Part shown: piece by piece, positions 24,817-27,184 of the stretch | Numbering within the stretch: position 1 is the stretch's first letter | How the letters are laid out: each line of letters starts with the position of its first letter | Origin: Candidatus Eiseniibacteriota bacterium | GTDB lineage: Bacteria > Eisenbacteria > RBG-16-71-46 > DASYSL01 | Direction of reading: 5' to 3' | Length of the DNA stretch: 27,184 nucleotides | NCBI GenBank assembly: GCA_046598045.1 | Contig: JBKJJJ010000076.1 | Coordinates: forward strand, 1-27,184 | Made by a program: the position numbers and the translations under genes | Notes under the pieces: model-generated | Told to the model about the DNA's origin: nothing | Database searches by the model: none | What the model saw: the letters and a program-made list of their open reading frames with translations, nothing else

Positions 24817-26160
24817 ATGCCCGGAACCGCTGCCGCACTCCGCACCGATCTCGCGCATCGCCTCGCGGACGCGCGCGCCCGGACGGATCGCTTCTTCGGC
24901 CTGATCGCGGAGTCGGCGCTCTACGAACGCGCGATCCCCGAGCGCCACCGCATCGTCTTCTATCTCGGCCACCTCGAAGCGTTCGACTGGAACCTGATCG
25001 GCCGCGAGGTCTCGGGGCTTCCTTCCTTCCATCCCGAGTTCGACCGGCTGTTCGCGTTCGGCATCGACCCGGTCGAGGGCGAGTTGCCCTCCGACGGGCC
25101 GGCCGACTGGCCGTCGCTCGCCCAGGTGCGCGCCTACCGCGACGAGATCCGTCGGCGCGTGGACGAGTGCCTCGCGCTCGCCGGTCCGGCCGCGGACGAT
25201 CGCCCGTTCCAGATCGCGATCGAGCATCGCCTGATGCACGCCGAGACGCTCGCCTACATGCTGCCGCACCTGCCGCTCGAGTGCTTCTCGCCCTCGGCGC
25301 GCGTGCGCCCCGACCAGCAGCCCGGTCCGGCCGAGCCCGGCTATGGCCGCACGGGCGGGCCCGGCGCGGTACGGCGCATCTCGATCCCGGCGGGGCGCGC
25401 GACGCTCGGCATGCCGCGCGCGGGCGCCGGCTTCGGCTGGGACAACGAGCTTGGCGAACAGGTGATCGAGGTGCCCGCGTTCACGATCGACGCGCGCAAC
25501 GTGACCAATCGCGAGTTCCTGACATTCGTGCGCGCCGGCGGCTACGACGACCCGCGCATCTGGACGCCCGAGGACCTCGCGTGGAAGAACGCGCACCAGG
25601 TCACGCACCCGGTGATGTGGCGCAAGCGCGCCGACGGTTGGTGGCAGCGCGCGAGCTTCGTCGAGTTGCCGCTGCCGCTCGACTGGCCGGTGCAGGTGAG
25701 CCTTGCCGAGGCGCGCGCATTCGCGCGCTGGAAGGGCCGGCGCCTGCCGACCGAGCCCGAACTGCAGCGCGCGACCTACGGCACGCGCACGGGCGCCGAG
25801 CGCGCGTACGCGTGGGGCGACCACGCGCCCGATGCCGCGCGGCACGGCAATTTCGATTTCATGCGCTGGGACCCTGCGCCGGTCGGGGGCTACCCCGAGG
25901 GCGACAGCGCGTTCGGCGTGGCCGATCTCACCGGCAACGGCTGGGAGTGGACGACGACGGTGTTCGCGGGCCTGCCAGGCTTCGAGCGCGACCCCTTGTA
26001 CCCCGGCTATTCCGAGCCGTTCTTCGACGGCAAGCACTACGTGATCCACGGCGCGTCGGCGCAGACCGACCGCGTGTTCCTGCGGCGCTCGTTCCGCAAC
26101 TGGTTCCAGCCCCATTACCCGTATGTCTTCGCGGCGTTCCGCTGCGTCGACCACGCCTGA
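24817..26160 (+). CDS. egtB: Non-heme iron sulfoxide synthase (EgtB/Egt1/OvoA family; DinB plus FGE-sulfatase domains; 447 aa)
   Basis: GGAGGAG SD. His triad H52 (FYLGH) and H137/H141 (EHRLMHAET); FGWDNE, VTN.EF..F...GGY, RLPTE.E, GNGWEWT and RNW...FRC; adjacent to egtD. Confidence 0.88.
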   Translation: MPGTAAALRTDLAHRLADARARTDRFFGLIAESALYERAIPERHRIVFYLGHLEAFDWNLIGREVSGLPSFHPEFDRLFAFGIDPVEGELPSDGPADWPSLAQVRAYRDEIRRRVDECLALAGPAADDRPFQIAIEHRLMHAETLAYMLPHLPLECFSPSARVRPDQQPGPAEPGYGRTGGPGAVRRISIPAGRATLGMPRAGAGFGWDNELGEQVIEVPAFTIDARNVTNREFLTFVRAGGYDDPRIWTPEDLAWKNAHQVTHPVMWRKRADGWWQRASFVELPLPLDWPVQVSLAEARAFARWKGRRLPTEPELQRATYGTRTGAERAYAWGDHAPDAARHGNFDFMRWDPAPVGGYPEGDSAFGVADLTGNGWEWTTTVFAGLPGFERDPLYPGYSEPFFDGKHYVIHGASAQTDRVFLRRSFRNWFQPHYPYVFAAFRCVDHA

Positions 26161-26175
26161 AGGCAGGAGGCCGAC

Positions 26176-27144
26176 ATGGTGCACACGCTGCTGGAGCTGG
26201 GGACGCTGTCCGACCTTGCGCGCGACGTCCGGGCCGGTTTGAGCAAGCCAAAGCAGAAGGAGCTGCCCTCCAAGTACTTCTATGACGACGTCGGCTCGGC
26301 GCTGTTCGAGGCGATCTGTGTGCTCCCCGAGTACGGACTCACGCGCGCCGACGCGCGCCTGCTGCGCGAAAGTGCCGACCAGGTCGTCGCGCGCCTGCCC
26401 GCGGGCACGATCGTGGCCGAGCTGGGCTCGGGCAGCGGCAAGAAGACGCGCTTTGTACTCGAGGCGCTCGCGCTGCGGCAGCCGGTGCTCTACCACCCGA
26501 TCGACATCTCGGGCGCGGCGCTCGCACAGTCGGAGAAGGAACTCGGGCTGATCGACCGCGTCAGTATCGTCGGCTTCGAGGCCGAGTACCTCGACGGTCT
26601 CGCGGCGGTCGCGAAGCGGCGCGAGCCGGGGCAGCGCCTGCTCGTGCTCTTCCTCGGGTCGACGATCGGCAACTTCGACCGCCCGGCGGGGGAGGCGTTC
26701 CTGCGCCGCGTGCGCGAGGCGCTCGAGCCGGGCGACCGCCTGCTGCTGTCGACCGACCTCGTCAAGCCCGAGCCGGTGCTGGTCGCGGCGTACGACGACC
26801 AGGCGGGCGTGACCGCGGCCTTCAACAAGAACCTGCTCGCCCGCATCAACCGCGAGCTCGACGCCACGTTCGACCTCAAGCGCTGGCGCCACCGCGCGGT
26901 CTGGAACTCGGTCGACCGCCGCGTCGAGATGCACCTTCAGTCGATGGAGGAGCAGACCGTCCACGTGCGCAAGGCGCGATTCGCGGTGCGTTTCAAGGAG
27001 GGCGAGACGATCTGGACCGAGAGCTCGCACAAGTACACGGCACCCGAGGTGTTCGCGCTCGCGGACCGCGCGGGCTACACGTGCGAGGCGCAGTGGGTCG
27101 ACGCGGAGTGGCCGTTCGCGCAAAGCCTGATCGTTGTGCGCTGA
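26176..27144 (+). CDS. egtD: L-histidine N-alpha-methyltransferase (hercynine synthase)
   Basis: AGGAGG SD. LPSKYFYD..GS.LFE.I..LPEY, ELGSG, PIDIS, FLGSTIGNF, AYDD.AGVTAAFNKN.L, RVEMHL and IWTESSHKY. Confidence 0.95.
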   Translation: MVHTLLELGTLSDLARDVRAGLSKPKQKELPSKYFYDDVGSALFEAICVLPEYGLTRADARLLRESADQVVARLPAGTIVAELGSGSGKKTRFVLEALALRQPVLYHPIDISGAALAQSEKELGLIDRVSIVGFEAEYLDGLAAVAKRREPGQRLLVLFLGSTIGNFDRPAGEAFLRRVREALEPGDRLLLSTDLVKPEPVLVAAYDDQAGVTAAFNKNLLARINRELDATFDLKRWRHRAVWNSVDRRVEMHLQSMEEQTVHVRKARFAVRFKEGETIWTESSHKYTAPEVFALADRAGYTCEAQWVDAEWPFAQSLIVVR

Positions 27145-27184
27145 AGATTGAGTACAACATTGAGGGCTCTCTCCTCCCGGGGGG

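Noticed and set aside
24817..27144. Ovothiol or selenoneine cluster
   Set aside because: No OvoA methyltransferase domain and no senB/selD in the window; the adjacent egtD favours ergothioneine.
16289..27184. Genomic island integrated at tRNA-Gly
   Set aside because: No integrase, no duplicated tRNA 3' end spotted, and no evident compositional shift.
1..27184. CRISPR array, defence system or retroelement
   Set aside because: No regularly spaced repeats and no nuclease, reverse transcriptase or cas motifs seen.

Overview
High-GC, gene-dense bacterial chromosomal window with no integrase, transposase or CRISPR visible. In order it carries: (1) a translationally coupled run of five glycosyltransferases (two paralogous GT2, three GT4) plus a VOC protein; (2) a small membrane protein, an M48 peptidase, a dodecin and a YcbB/LdtD-type L,D-transpeptidase; (3) manC, a SPOR lipoprotein and a GlmU-like protein; (4) a GalT-like nucleotidyltransferase coupled to a glycogen-synthase homologue in which most signature catalytic motifs are substituted; (5) an aspartokinase with eroded ACT domains, divergent from tRNA-Gly(GCC); (6) a MacAB/FtsX-type ABC exporter; (7) a Ycf46-like AAA+ ATPase and a betaine-type ABC importer, divergent from egtB-egtD (ergothioneine synthesis). 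The strongest leads are the ergothioneine synthesis-plus-uptake locus with a fungal-Egt1-like sulfoxide synthase and a structured leader, and the GalT-like/degenerate-GlgA pair. All family calls come from motif recognition by eye; no searches were run.
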